Source: Lama guanicoe
Lineage: Eukaryota
Reading direction: 5' to 3'
Assembly (NCBI GenBank): GCA_013239625.1
Contig: MU053431.1
Span: 186,001 to 250,000, forward strand
Length of the DNA stretch: 64,000 bases
The position numbers and the translations under genes were made by a program. The notes below the pieces were generated by a model. It saw only the letters and a list, made by a program, of their open reading frames with translations. It had not been told where the DNA came from and ran no database searches. Below are positions 12,270-24,600 of this stretch, piece after piece (the first letter of the stretch is position 1; the number at the start of each line of letters is the position of its first letter).

Positions 12270-13246
12270 GCCTTGTGTCTGGGTTTGCTTTGTTGCCATA
12301 CTGTTTTGATTACTATAGCTTTGCATTGTAGTTTAAAATCAGGACGTGTGATGCTTCCAGGTGTTTTTTCTTCTTTCTCAAGGTTTTTTTTTTTTTTTTT
12401 GGCTATTTGAGGTCTTTTGTGGTAGTGTGCACAAAAATGCCTTGGAATTTTGATAGGGATTGCAATGTATCTATTGAAGACTTTGGGTAGTGTGAACACT
12501 TAAACAATAATGTCTTCCAGTCCGTGAATGGAAGATATCTTTTCATTTATTTATGTCTTTTTCAGTTTCTTTCACCAATATTTTATAGTTTTCAGTGTTC
12601 AGGTCTTTCACATCCTTGGTTCAGTTTATTCCTAAGTATTTTATTGTATTTGATCTTATTGTAAATGGGTTTTCTTTTTTCTTTCTTTTTCAGATAGTTT
12701 GTTGTTAGTGTATATAAATGCAACTGACTTTTATATGTTGAGTTTGTATACTGCAACTTTCCTGAATTTATTAGTTCTAACAGGATTTTTGGGTGGAGAC
12801 TTTAAGGTTTTTTATATATAAGATCATGTCATCTGCAAGGACAAATAACTTCCTTTCTGATTTATGTGCCTTTTATTTCCTTTTCTTGCCTAGCTGAACT
12901 GGCTAGAACCTTCAGCGCTGTGTTGAATAGAAGGGGTGAGGGAGGGCACTCTTGCCTTGTTTCTAATCTTTGAGGAAGAGCTGCCATCTTTTCACCACCG
13001 AGTGTGATGTTAGATGTGTGTCTGTCATATATGGCCTTTATGATTTTGAGGTGCATTCCTTCTATGCCTAACGTGTTGAGAGTTTTTATCACAAAAGAAT
13101 GTTGAGTTTTGTCACACACTTTATCTGTATCTATTGAGATAATCGTATGGTCTTCATTCTTCATTTTGTTACTGACCTTTATCAGTATGCATATGTCCAA
13201 CCATCTTTACATCCCATGGATGAATCCCACTGGATCTTTGTGTATG
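12270..13246 (-). mobile_element. Old L1 (L1M-type) ORF2 fragment covering the reverse transcriptase region, degenerate
   Basis: ORF 12862-13200 reads HTIISIDTDKVCDKTQHSFVIKTLNTLGIEG...TRQECPPSPLLFN...RQEKEIKG, the L1 RT motif series; ADDMILY codons at ~12815-12837 (reverse strand); ORF 12248-12499 contains AIPIKIP and PDFKL; stops and frameshifts present. Confidence 0.95.
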
Positions 13247-13636
13247 GCTGAGAGGGACCAGAGCCAGGTTATGGGCCACTTTTGGGTCCACAAATGAGAC
13301 TAAGGTCTCTGTTACAGAGTGCACAGGTAGGGGTGACTTCTTCCAGGTCCTTTGGCATATGGTGCTGATGACAGAACCAGGGACTAATAGGGCTGTAGCC
13401 AAGGCCTCAGGGAAACAGAGCTGTTTTGGGGTCTATGGTCAGGACCACAGTTAGAGAATCACCTACGTGGGTGCGGGCCTGCCTTCTTACAACAGCTCTC
13501 AGGCTGTGTGGGGTTTCATTACTCCTACCAAAGCTCCCACAAAGGCACTTTTGTTTATGGATGAATGCTGGATGATTGTTGCTGAGCCAGGGTAGGACTG
13601 GGGGACCATCTATTCTGCCATCTTACTGATGTCACT
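13247..13636 (-). mobile_element. L1M 5' UTR fragment including the element's 5' start
   Basis: reverse complement of 13611-13636 is agtgacatcagtaagatggcagaata, the typical old-L1 5' terminus with a YY1 core. Confidence 0.65.
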
Positions 13637-13909
13637 TTCCCAGCCCTGGTTTTTAAGAGTTAGCCCAGTCAAGCCCTTTGTATGCATCATGACAAGGACA
13701 GTTTAGAGGAAGCTCCAAACAGATGTGGGCACTTCCCAGGATTCAGGAGGTTCTGTGAGCAAAGACTGGGCTTGATACCTCGTGTTTATCATGTGTTTAA
13801 CATAAATGGCCCCAAACTTCTCCACTCTTTGGGGCTCACACCTCCTATTATTGTCCAGGTGACAAGAAAATACTGTGTCTGACCACAGATCCTGATCTTT
13901 ACCTGGATA

Positions 13910-14290
13910 TCCATCAGGGTCCAGGAAGGATGCAGACCACAGGCTGGCAAAGCAGGGGACTTTAGTAAAGAGATGCTGTTGGGATGGTGGCATATTGAGG
14001 AATCCCAGGCTGATAGTAGTGGGGGAACTGTTTCCATCCCAGGACCTGAGAGCAAAGGGAGGGGGCAGTTACAGGACCCTGGAGAGGAGAACTGTATGGA
14101 GCCACTGCTACAAGGAGAAGTCACATGGAAGAATGGTTCTTCAGAAGGAAGATGCAGCCAACCTGCAACAATGGAGCAGAGAGGGAACCAGAGGAGTAAT
14201 AACTCAGCCATTCTTCCTTCTCAGATGGGCTCTCCCTTATGGGACCAAAGCTGACCATCAGCCCCTTGATGCTTAGGGCATCTATTCAGC
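13910..14290 (-). mobile_element. ERVL LTR, LTR41-like
   Basis: catcagggtccaggaagg...gaactgtttccatcccaggacctgagagcaaagggagggggcagttacaggaccctggagag. Confidence 0.55.
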
Positions 14291-14827
14291 AACCATCTTA
14301 GCCAACATCTGATGGTTCAGTGGAAGTCCTAGGGAAGGTTGTGATTGGCCAGGACTGAGTCATCACTGTTGCACTGGGATAAAGCATTCTGATTGGCTAA
14401 GTCTGTTTGGCAGGGGGGCTCAGACAAGAAAGAGGAGCTCTGGTTCGAGGAGAATGAAGGCAGGGAGGGAGCATGTGAATTACATCCACTGACGTCCGCT
14501 GCACGTGTCCTTCTCAGGCCTGTGCTCTGGCCTCCCAAAGACCATCAGCACGTTGGGCTTACCATCTCCGGAAGGCTGCTGATCTCCCTGTGTCTTTTTA
14601 TCCCAAATGTAGATTGAACTCCTTCACTAATTCCTCAAAATGGGGTCAAAATCAGACATTTTAACATTTATCAAAAATTCGTTGAAAGCTCAAAGGGATG
14701 GGAAGAAGTTGAAAGAAGTCTATGATTTCAAGTCACGCTCAACCATGGGAGTGGAGTGGTCCCAACGAGATGTGCTTCTCTTTAACCCTCAACCGGAACC
14801 AACAGAAGGAAAACATTCCCCCGCAAC

Positions 14828-14846
14828 CACACACACACACACACAC
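14828..14846. repeat. (CA)n microsatellite
   Basis: read directly. Confidence 0.95.
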
Positions 14847-16443
14847 GACCCCAGGTTCATCTCCCAGGACACCATCAACTCAGAGGAGAATTCGTGCTGA
14901 CCCCTCATATCATCACGCAGGCACTTCTGCTTCTTGTTGAGACTCTCTCTCAAACAGGATTTTGGTTTCTCCTTTGCAAAATCAAAAGGCTTATTGAAAT
15001 GCTTTGTTTTATTTTGTTTTTCTGAAATAAAAGAGCAGTCTTCCCTCCCAAAGATGGTTCAGAAAATTGCTAAGGGCTTTAAAATAGCAGCATGTTTCCA
15101 CTCCCACCCATCAAGTATTCAAAAATATGGGGGTCTTGAGTCAGGGAAATCAATTTTCACAAAGATATATTAAAATCAAAATGCATTATTACAAAAATCT
15201 ATTCCCTGCTGGGAAAATTTGACCTGACATGTGTCAAGGGGGAACATTCTAGAAAGACAACTCAATTTCCCCCATCCATAGAGAATCGCAGCTGGACCAC
15301 AGGAGCCCAAGGTCCGGAGCTCTGCTGGTTTGGCAAAATGCATTCTCTCTTCTTCCACCCACATCTCGCGCTACATTATGATCAATCCCTCCTGGGTCCT
15401 GTTCTCACTTTTTCTCATTTAAAAAAAAAAGTTTTTAATAGATGAGCTCTGTGTGCCACCCCCAGCCATGGCTCTGCAGTTTCTGTAATCACAGAGGTAG
15501 GAGATGAGAACGACCAGGGGGATTCTGTGCTGAGCTTCTGTGTGGAGCCCGAGCAGTGGGGGACATTTTGCTCAGCAGAGATTTAATTGGTACCTTTGCA
15601 TTCTGAAGAGAATGCTACTCCATTATCTGCTATTGTTAAAAACGTTTTATGATTTTTAGAGAAAATGTTTTTTTTTCCATGAGTCTCTGCTCACACTGCC
15701 TCGTTGTCTCCTTTATTTGGGGGATGTTTGCCGCTTTTTCTGGCCCTACTGCTTTCCAGTGAGGAAACGAGTTGAGATCAGTATGGACGTTAAGTATTGA
15801 TCCAAGAGGCAGGCGGTCCTTGGAGGGGCCCAGCCAGCAGCTGCCGCCTCTGTGCGGTGCTCTCCTGGACTCCTGGCTCATCCCCGGGACGTCAGGACCC
15901 CCAGCCCGCATCCCGTGGAAGCTGGAACAGCCACAGAGCCTTGGACCCCCCCCTGGCTCCGCTGGACGCGCCGCGAGGCCGCTGCTGTCAGCTTTCAGCA
16001 GGGGCGCGCGAGCCTTGAACTGCTCTTCCAGAAGCTTGTCTCCCCGGGGGCCCCACCCAGGCTCTTCACAGTTGCAGGTGTCGGAAGACAGTGAGCTGGA
16101 GCTGAAGGACTCGCAGCCGGCTTGCAGGAAGCGGCTGTGGAAACGGGGATGAGGATTCTTTGTTGATTGTTTCTGTGCGCACGGCTGAGCCCAGGGTCCA
16201 CGGGGTGCCTGTACATGAGGTGGAGACGGATTCCAGGGTAATCAGGATCCAGCCAGAATGTCCCCTTCACGGTTGTCACTGCAGGCTGCTGTCTTTGGAG
16301 CACAACAATTTGAAGGCACCAAGAAAGAAAAATCCACAGACAAACGAGGTTTTCCATGTGATCTCAGAGGAATCTTCAAAGGCGTAATGAAGCTTTGGTC
16401 CGCAGATTCAGAACTCCTGGTCTCAGATCTGCTGAGAACACGC

Positions 16444-17480
16444 TCATTCATTCATTCATTCATTCAGTAAGCATGATTTGAGAGTTTATTAGGTAACAGG
16501 CTCTAGTGATGCCCAGGTGAATAAAACAGACATAGTTCCTATTCTTTGGGGCTTACAATTGTTTCCGAGTTTCCAAAGGACACACAAATGAGCAAATAGG
16601 GAGTTACAAAATATTCAAGGGCTATAAATTAACCCAAATCAGCAGTCATAGAGGTGGACTCTCATGTGTGTATGTGCTCGTCCACTGGAAAGCTGGTCAA
16701 GGAAGACATTGGTGAGGACCTGGCATTTGAGCCTTGCAGACAGTGTTGGGGAGCCTGTTCCAGGCAGAGGTAGGGCATGTGCAAAAGTCCTGGGGTCAGG
16801 AGGTACTCTGCATGGCCCAGCACAGAATGGAGGTCTGTGTGGTTCAAGAAGAGTGAACCAAGGGGGAAGGGGAGACAAAGGGTGTGGTGGGAGAGAGAGG
16901 AGCTCGGACTTTTTTCTGAGTTTAATAGGAAGTTAAGTAAGGATGCATCACTACGGCCCAGTTTAGGTTTTAAATTGCTCACCAGCTGCAATGCAGAGAG
17001 CGGGAAGTGGCAGGAATGGGAGACAGAGGCAGCTCACTAGCACAGTGATCCACACGAGAAAGGATGACAGCTTGAACTCAGAGGGTCACAGGGATGGGGG
17101 AGAGAGACAGACTAACGTGGGGTGTAAGGGGGAAGCCAGCTCTTAGGAAAAAAATAAAGACAACAAACTTGAGTGTTAGGGTTTGCTGGTTCCCATGGTG
17201 TAAATACTGCCACCACTGGCTGGTTCCAAGCCACCCCTGTGAGGTCAGGGGCAGGGAGCTGGGGGATGATGAGCTCAGTCCAGCTGTTGGAAGCCCCTGT
17301 TGGAAAAGGACCCTCCTCCACATGGCTGGATGGAGGGGCATGAGGAGGAGGGGCATTGAAGAGTCCCCCACGTTTGGTTTGGGTGGTTGAGAGGCTGGCA
17401 GAGCCCTAGACGGAGACAGAAAGAGAGTAGAAGAGGCACGGAAGTGCGGGTGGGGCGGGGCCAAAAGCAGAGCTCACTTG
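16444..17480 (-). mobile_element. L2 LINE with (TCAT)n tail
   Basis: (tcat)5 tail at 16444-16466; gtgaataaaacagaca; ttccaggcagagg...catgtgcaaaagtcctggggtcagga. Confidence 0.85.
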
Positions 17481-17659
17481 AAGGTCCTCTTGGGTGTGTC
17501 CTCAGCCCCTAGGGCCCTGCTCGTCCTCATCCTCGTGCGCTGGGGTTGGTCCTGCGTGACAGGTGCCTTCCTAGAAACACGCTGTCCTGCTCTCTGAGCA
17601 GCCCGTGTAGTTCCACAGTGGTCTGTGCAGGAAGTTACAGGAACAAGAGAGCTGGGCTC

Positions 17660-17782
17660 GAAATTCAGAGATAGGAAACCAGGGCTTAAGGATGTTAAGC
17701 TTGGGGTTACGTGGCAGGTAAACGGGTCAAACCCAGGCCTTCTGACCCGAAAGGGGGAGCCCTCTCTTCTATGCCAGGATGC
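17660..17782 (-). mobile_element. MIR SINE
   Basis: cagagataggaaaccagggcttaaggatgttaag...tcaaacccaggccttctgac. Confidence 0.65.
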
Positions 17783-18395
17783 TGGATTTGTTGATTGTTA
17801 AAAGTCTATTTAAAACAAAACACAAAAACGGAATACTTTCTTCTTCTTTTCCTACCCCTGATTTCCCCCGATTGCTATGCAAGAGGAGACGTAGCCCGTG
17901 TTGAAAACAGGTAGTTAAGTATTCCCTCTGGAGTAAAGGGAGACGGAATCACCTCCTGCCGAGACGGCGTCAGGTGTGTTCATTCGGAAACGTGCAGGTG
18001 GTGTGCTTGGAGCTTCGTCTGTGTTAGTCCCGCGGGCCCTGGTTAACCAGGCCTGTGCCGGGGGACGTGCCGCCCGAGCCCTGCTGAGATCCAGGGCTCC
18101 GGCTGGGTGCTTTCTGCTGCTTTCTTGGGTGCCTCCCCCCGCCTCTGGGTGCCCTGAGAGCAGCTTCGGAGCGCCTGTCAGAGCTGGTGGATGATGCTTG
18201 TGTCAGGATGCTGTTTGTGCTTATTTATTTCCCATCTGACCGTGGCAGTGGCCTGCCCACCGGACGGGATTAGTGACATGCACAGTGTCAACCAGCCTTC
18301 AGGAGGCTCCTGTTCTCGCATCTTCATCCTTAAGTCCAAGGTGCATGTCCAGGTAGAATGTGGAGGTGAAGAAGGAGAGAGGTCCTGGGGATGAT

Positions 18396-18530
18396 GGATG
18401 TGAGTTTGAATCCTTGCTCAGGCTTCGTTCTCTGTGTGGCTTGGACGTGTTTCTGAACCTCTCTGAGCCTCGGTATTATCCTTTGTAAAGTGAGAGTGTT
18501 CTTAGTCCCCCCTCTCGGAGCTGCTCTGGC
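18396..18530 (+). mobile_element. MIR SINE
   Basis: gagtttgaatccttgctc...tgtgtggcttggac...aacctctctgagcctcggt...tgtaaagtgag. Confidence 0.85.
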
Positions 18531-20234
18531 ATCACAAGTCCATGTTTAACTGAGCGACCACCACCACCACCATCATTTTCATAGTCTTGTCTGGGCCCAG
18601 CAGCTGTGGGCTAGAATCCCAGTAAGCCCCTGTGCTCCAGCCATTCATTCACACACTGGTGCCTGCGGTGCCCCTGTGTGGCCTCCAAGGGTTTCGAGTG
18701 TGACCTGGACGCCGGCTCCTGGCGACCCTGTGGCTTCCGCGCGCCCTGGGCCTCGCCCTCCTCAGTTCTCGTCAGGCCTGAGCACTTCCTTCCCCGAGCT
18801 CCCGTGCTTGTTTCTCTGTCCATGACCGAACTGGGACGTCCGGCTGTTTTTCTCTGGTTCACACTCGCCCACCTCGCAGGGGTCTGTGTGTCGGGGGCTG
18901 AAGGGGCTTCCCATTACCGAGCCTGTGCCTGTGCTGCGCTTCTGCTCTGCGCGGCCCGGGTGCCTTCAGGACGGCACTGCTGAGCCGCCTCCCCTGGCCT
19001 GCCCTCTCCGCTCTCTCCCGCCCCCGGGCCTGCTCCTCCATGACGTTCCTTCGCCTCTAGGAAGACGTCGTGATTACAGGACAAGAGCAGGAAGCCTCTG
19101 CTCCTGGCCCCTGTGTCCTCCAGTCTGAGGGTCTTTGATACAGTTTCTCCAAAAAATCACTCTGAGAAATTCCCTTACCTACCTCTCTGTCCTCTCCCCA
19201 GTGGCCCCAGTTGGTCCGACAGATAACTTGAAATCTTTAAAAGATGTAAAACAGGTGTTAGGAGGCCATTCGAAAGCCCTGCATTACAAGGGCTGTTTTC
19301 CACTTGGCACAATGGTGTCCCCCGCCGCCAAGGGCTCCTGTCCTCCACGCTGAGTCCACAAAACCACAGACTCCTTTTCTACAAGGACCTGCATCTTTGA
19401 GACGCAGAAATCAAGAACTGGTTACCACAGTAAGAGTTAAAAGGAAAAGGAACTATTAATTTTCCATTTTTAGCCATGAAATTTGCAGCTGTATGCTTAT
19501 CAGAAGTATTATTTTAACCTTTGTATTTCTCTTTACCTGACTTTCTGGAGACAAAATTAAAAGTTAAAAATTGATACCTGACATCAAAAGCTCAGCATGC
19601 TAAAGGGTACAAGCCGTGAAAAAACTGAGAAGAAATGGCGGCCTTTGAAGACTTTGGAAACAGAAATATATCCAGGAGTGCTTGAATTGTCTGTAAAGAT
19701 AAATGTCAGAGAAACAGCCTATAAAGATGTAGAAGGTAGAGCGAGAGAGGAGCTTTGAGGACGTTGGGATGAGTCCCTGTAATTAAAATAACGTAAGACG
19801 TCTGAAGAGGTTTCTAGAAGCTAATCAAAACAGGGGACGATAGTATGTATCTGTCAGCTAACCCACCTCGGTTTCCTGTGTGTAAACTGTGGGGCTTTGT
19901 TTTGTTTTTCCAAGACTAATGTCACCTCGTCTTCCCTGCCTGGGTCAGGGCCTCTCCTGGGCTGTGACCTGCCCACGGGGGTCCGGGGATTTATCAGCCA
20001 CGTGCTCGTAAAAGTTCCACATGCCTGTTCAGCTCTCAGGGCCTCACCTTTTCTAAAAAGCCCCAAGACGGGAGGAGAGAGACTTAGCCCAAGGCTTCTG
20101 CATATCTCTTTTCCCATTATAAGAAAAGTCTCTGTAGACGAGCCAGGAGTGTTAAAAAATATAAATCAGATACTTATTGTGTCGGGAGAAGGTAGTCAAG
20201 TCGAAAGGTAGTAGCAGATCAAATGAAAACAAGT

Positions 20235-20455
20235 GGTAACAATAGTAACACCGATAATCGCAGTGAAACCGCTAGCGTTTACCGAGTGCTCAAACTGCTT
20301 CTTTTGTTTTGTACAGTGACTCCATGGGCCAGGTATCGTTGTTACTCCCGCCATACACGCAAGGGGACGGAGACCTGGAGAAGTTCGCGGGTCCCGGGGA
20401 CGTGCAGCTGGAGTCCTGGAGTCAGGCCTCCGGCACTGTGGCGCCCAGCACACAG
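20235..20455 (-). mobile_element. MIR SINE, GC-shifted
   Basis: gctagcgtttaccgagtgct...aggtatcgttgttactcccgccatacacgcaaggggacggagacctggagaagtt. Confidence 0.65.
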
Positions 20456-22184
20456 TTTACTGTGGAGGGGGGCCCTGTTCTCTCTCAGCCGGCAGTTTCA
20501 CTGAGCATAGCATTTAAGAATCTTTCACTTGTTCGTTTTCACCCATCACTTGGGAAGAGGGCCTGGGAGTTTTGTTGAAGAGCATCCTGGGGACTTGGCC
20601 ACCGTCTCCTGCAGGCTGCCTGGCCTCTGCACTTAGTCAAAGCCAAGATGAAGACGCTTCAGCTCCTCGCAGTCTGCTCTTTACCCATCTAAATCATAAA
20701 CACCCATGTCTCTTTATTTTGAGAAGTCTCCCCTTTCCTGTAAAGTGCCTCAGTGCCTCCTGAGTGGGGAATTTTTCAAAATACCCTGAAACATTGCCTC
20801 TGGTTGCTGCAGCTTCAACCCCCGTGTCCCCCCTTGCGTCTGTTTTCCTTGAACACCGCAGGCAGCCCAGCTAGCACCAAGCTAGTGTGGTCTCCTTCTC
20901 TGAGAGGGGCTCCGTCCACCCCAGGCACCCTGAGCCCCATGCAGGCCCGGGCCTCACCGGCACCTTGACCTCGCCAGCCACACCTGCCTGGGGGCCGGGA
21001 CGTCGCACAGCCCACCTTGACCCCGCTTTGCTGCCCGTCTCAGAGTGCCCGACGTCAGGCCTCCTCGTTCCTCACTTCATCCCAGCTCTTCTCAGGGGAC
21101 GAGGCCAGCGTCTGCCTCCCAGGGCCTTTCTTACCTGGTCCCTGAGACCTCCACCTCTAAGAGCAGGGTCAGTTCAGTCAGAAAATGCGGCTGGCGATGC
21201 AGGGAACGTTCTACATCAGAAGGAAAAGCACACAGGTGAGGATCTGACAAAAAACTGTTGGATCCTTTAAAGTGCCCATGTCTACAAACAAAAGTGGTTC
21301 CTCAGTAGAAATGAGAACTGTCTTCCACTGCCTCCTGTCATCACACTAACACACGAACACACAAGTGCGGCTCCAGATACCTCTCTGCAAACAGAAGAGC
21401 ACACGACGCGCCTCCCTGCGCTTTGCCCTCTTGGTGAGAAGCGGGGCGGAAGGGTACTCTCAGGGTCCCTTGGCGGCGTTTGAGCGGCTCTGTTGTAGCG
21501 AGCTCGCGAGAAGCTTCGGTCCTTCCCTGTTGTGGGCCATCGGGTTCTGTCCTTTTCTGCAAGACGGAAGGAGCGAGGGGCTGCTTATTCCAGCAGCACT
21601 GACTGACTGACCTCCCCGTCCCGCGCGCCCTGGAGGGCTGGCATCCTACCTGACGATCTGACACATGCGCATGCACACACACTCAGATACGGACATGTGT
21701 CAGGCTGAGCGACTCATGCCTGCTGGCCAGACTTACCCAGTTTTAGCACCAGAAGTCCTGGGACGCGGTCCTGGCAGACCAGGGCGCCTGGTCACCCACT
21801 GTGCGCATGCACAGAGTGGACGGGCTTCTTTTCTCCCCCTTCTGGCAGCTGGCACCTCCCGAGGCTAGGAGGCTGGAGGTGAAACATGAGGCTGGGAGGG
21901 AGCGGACACTCCCCGAGTGCACTGGGGAGAAGGCAGCAGGTGGGGCCCCACGGTCTAGTGCTGCCTACCCTGCAGCGTCTCTCTGGGGCCCTGGGTTTCC
22001 CTGGCTCCCGTCCAGTGGCAGAACTAGAGGCGGGGGGAATGGATGGGGACCATGTGGAGAGCTGCCCCTGAAAGCGCTGGCCCCAGGCCTGCTCCCGGAG
22101 TGCGCTGGGTGCAGGGTGGGCGTAAGAGGCCACATCAAGGTCGGTGGTCGAAAGAGGTCAAGTCTTCGTTACAGGCCAGCCTTT

Positions 22185-22285
22185 CGTTTACTCACCTGTT
22201 GAACACCTGTGGTATGCCAGGCTCCACTCCAGGTGCTGGGGCCACAAATGCAGCAGGGACTAATCCAGTCCCCACACTCAGATGT
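22185..22285 (-). mobile_element. L2 3' end fragment
   Basis: tgttgaacacctgtggtatgccaggc...aggtgctggggccaca. Confidence 0.65.
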
Positions 22286-22739
22286 GCACAGAATGCCTGC
22301 TGCTCTTGTCTTCTCCACATCACGGGAATGACCCCTGTGGGCCTCTGTCCTTCTTGACGGGCGGGGAATATCCCACCGCACTTACTTTGGGGGATGAGTT
22401 CCTAGAAGGGTTTTGCAGAAGTTCCGAGGTCTGAGGCTGCAGTCTGGCACTGAGGAGGCTGTGGGTCATAAGGACAGGGTGACTGTGTCCCAGGGCAAAA
22501 GTCCAGGCAGGTCCAGGGCCTCTGCTGTCTGATGCCCATTCCAGGCTGGAAGGATATTTAGTCAGGAGTTCTGGGGTGAAAGGCAGGTGTACCACACAGG
22601 TGTGCCCCGAGATACAGCTAAAACTGGGGCAGCTTATCAAATCCCCAGCCCCCAGCAGTCTGTCCCTCCCCATTTATCTGCTCCTGGGATGCCCTCCTTT
22701 TCCTCTTTTTTCCCCACTGCAGATTCAAGTCCTTTCCAG

Positions 22740-23190
22740 CTTCTCAGCCTCATTTCCTTGTTTTCTCCTCACTTTCCATCCTCCCAACACCCGCCTAGGC
22801 CCCCTGCCCCAGGGCCTTTGCACCTGCTCTTCTCCCTGCCGTCAATGCTCTGTCCTGATTCTGCTGTGTCTTCTTCCTTTTGATCTCATCTCAACTGTCA
22901 TTTTCACAGAGGGCCTTCTGTGGTCACTTGATCTTAGTTCTCATCCCTCATCACTTTTTCCCATACACCTGTTATCTTTTCTTCATAAAATACAGTGTCG
23001 TCTCATTGCGTTACTCTTCCTTGTTTAGCGAGCCCATCCCAGCAATGTGTCAGCATATGAGGGTAGCGATTTGTCCTGTCTTGTTCACTCCTCAATTCCC
23101 TTGCACCTCCCCAGTCTCCAGTCCCTTGCACTTCCCCAGTCTCCAGCACATAGTAGGTGCTCAGAAAATGCCTGTTGAATGAAGGATGGC
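22740..23190 (+). mobile_element. L2a 3' fragment
   Basis: cagggcctttgcacctgct...atgagggtagcgatttgtcctgtcttgttcact...gcacatagtaggtgctcagaaaatgcctgttgaatgaa. Confidence 0.88.
23097..23146. repeat. 25-bp tandem duplication within the L2 (2 copies, 1 mismatch)
   Basis: tcccttgcacctccccagtctccag followed by tcccttgcacttccccagtctccag. Confidence 0.95.
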
Positions 23191-24254
23191 TGAACGCAGA
23201 CCCTCTGTCTCCTCCCATGCTGAGTGCCGTTCCCTCAGGTTTCTGGCCTCCCTGCTCCAGAGCCACTCTGACTGGAGTGGGCTGACCTGAGATTGAGAAG
23301 GGGGCGGTTTTATTTCTGTTCTGAATCTCATGAAATATATCTATTTCTATCTTAATTAAAAAATAAGAAGAGACAATAAAATGTGTTGTTGCAGATTGGA
23401 TGGGTAAAACAATGGGCTTGACAGTAATCTGGGAATTTAATTATAGCCAGACATGCCCATGTAATACACAGACTCAGGAAGGAAAGGTTGAAGAGGTCCA
23501 ATAAATCACTAGTTTTAAAAACAGAAGAAGCCTCTGTAATCGTCCAGTTACCGCTGATGAGGCCGTAAAGAAGCTCTAAGCAGGCTGGGTGCCATGCTTG
23601 GCGGGCTTTAATGGGCGGGCATTGCGTTCAAATGGGAAGCTGTCTGGGAAAGAGCTGAACTATGTGGTTATTTGCCTCAAATGGGAAGCAATCACTCAGG
23701 GGACGGGAGCTGGTTAGCGAAGATCCTTCGGGCCAACCGCACAGTCCTGCCCATCTTTGTCTAAAGGCGCGAAAGGGGAGATGGAGGACTGCCAGGAGCA
23801 GCTGCAGCCCCAGTTGGGAGATCCCCAGTTAGAGGGGCTCTGGGAGCTCCCCCAACCCAGCCAGACCTGCAGCCCCTCCTCCAGGCTCGGGAGGGCTCAG
23901 GGCAGCCTTCTGGGGCCCACTGCCCTGGGGAGCAGTGCAGGTACCGGAATGGGTTTTCCAGCCCCTCCGCCCTGGCACCTTCGTCAAATGTCAGCTCCTC
24001 AGAGGGGCCTCCTGCCGGTCCACGTGAAGAGCCTTCCCCACGTGTCCTGGGCAGCAAGTCTCCCAATCGGAGCTGCTCGGTCCGCCTGGGTCCCGAGCGT
24101 GTGACAGCCTCGCCGAGCAGAGCTTCCCTTCCACCTGCCAGGGCGTCTGCATCATCAGAAACAGGCCTGTCCTATTTTAAACCCTTGTGACTAGGAAGCT
24201 GTTGGCTAATGTGACATGGTAGTCAACTGCCTGGTCCCCTGTGACTTACAGTTT

Positions 24255-24600
24255 TATTTTTTTCTAATGTAAAAATAACTATAAAGTGCAAAATAAAAAT
24301 CCCGTATCACAGAAATCAGTGGAAGTCACCCACATTCTCACTACCAAGCGATGTGTTAGTGTTGCAGAGAACATCCTTCCAAGGTGTGAGTGTGTGTGTT
24401 TTGTAACACTTGTGTATAAAGATGTGTGCACACACATGGCATAGCAGGCATAGCATACACACGTACCTTAGAGACTTTAAATTGGACTTTTACTCAGAGG
24501 ATGGACTAGGTATTAATGGCCACACTGTGCAGAGAAACCTTTCGAGTTAAGAATAAATAGAAATATATGTATTGCGTGAGACATACATTTAGCTGTGTGT
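24255..24600 (-). mobile_element. Ancient L1ME-like 3' fragment
   Basis: aagtcacccacattctcactaccaag...aacatccttcca resembles the L1ME4 3' end. Confidence 0.45.

Noticed and set aside
12862..13200. Reverse transcriptase-like ORF as an active gene or novel RT system
   Set aside because: Degenerate L1 ORF2 with a stop and frameshifts before the catalytic ADD motif and mutated conserved residues.
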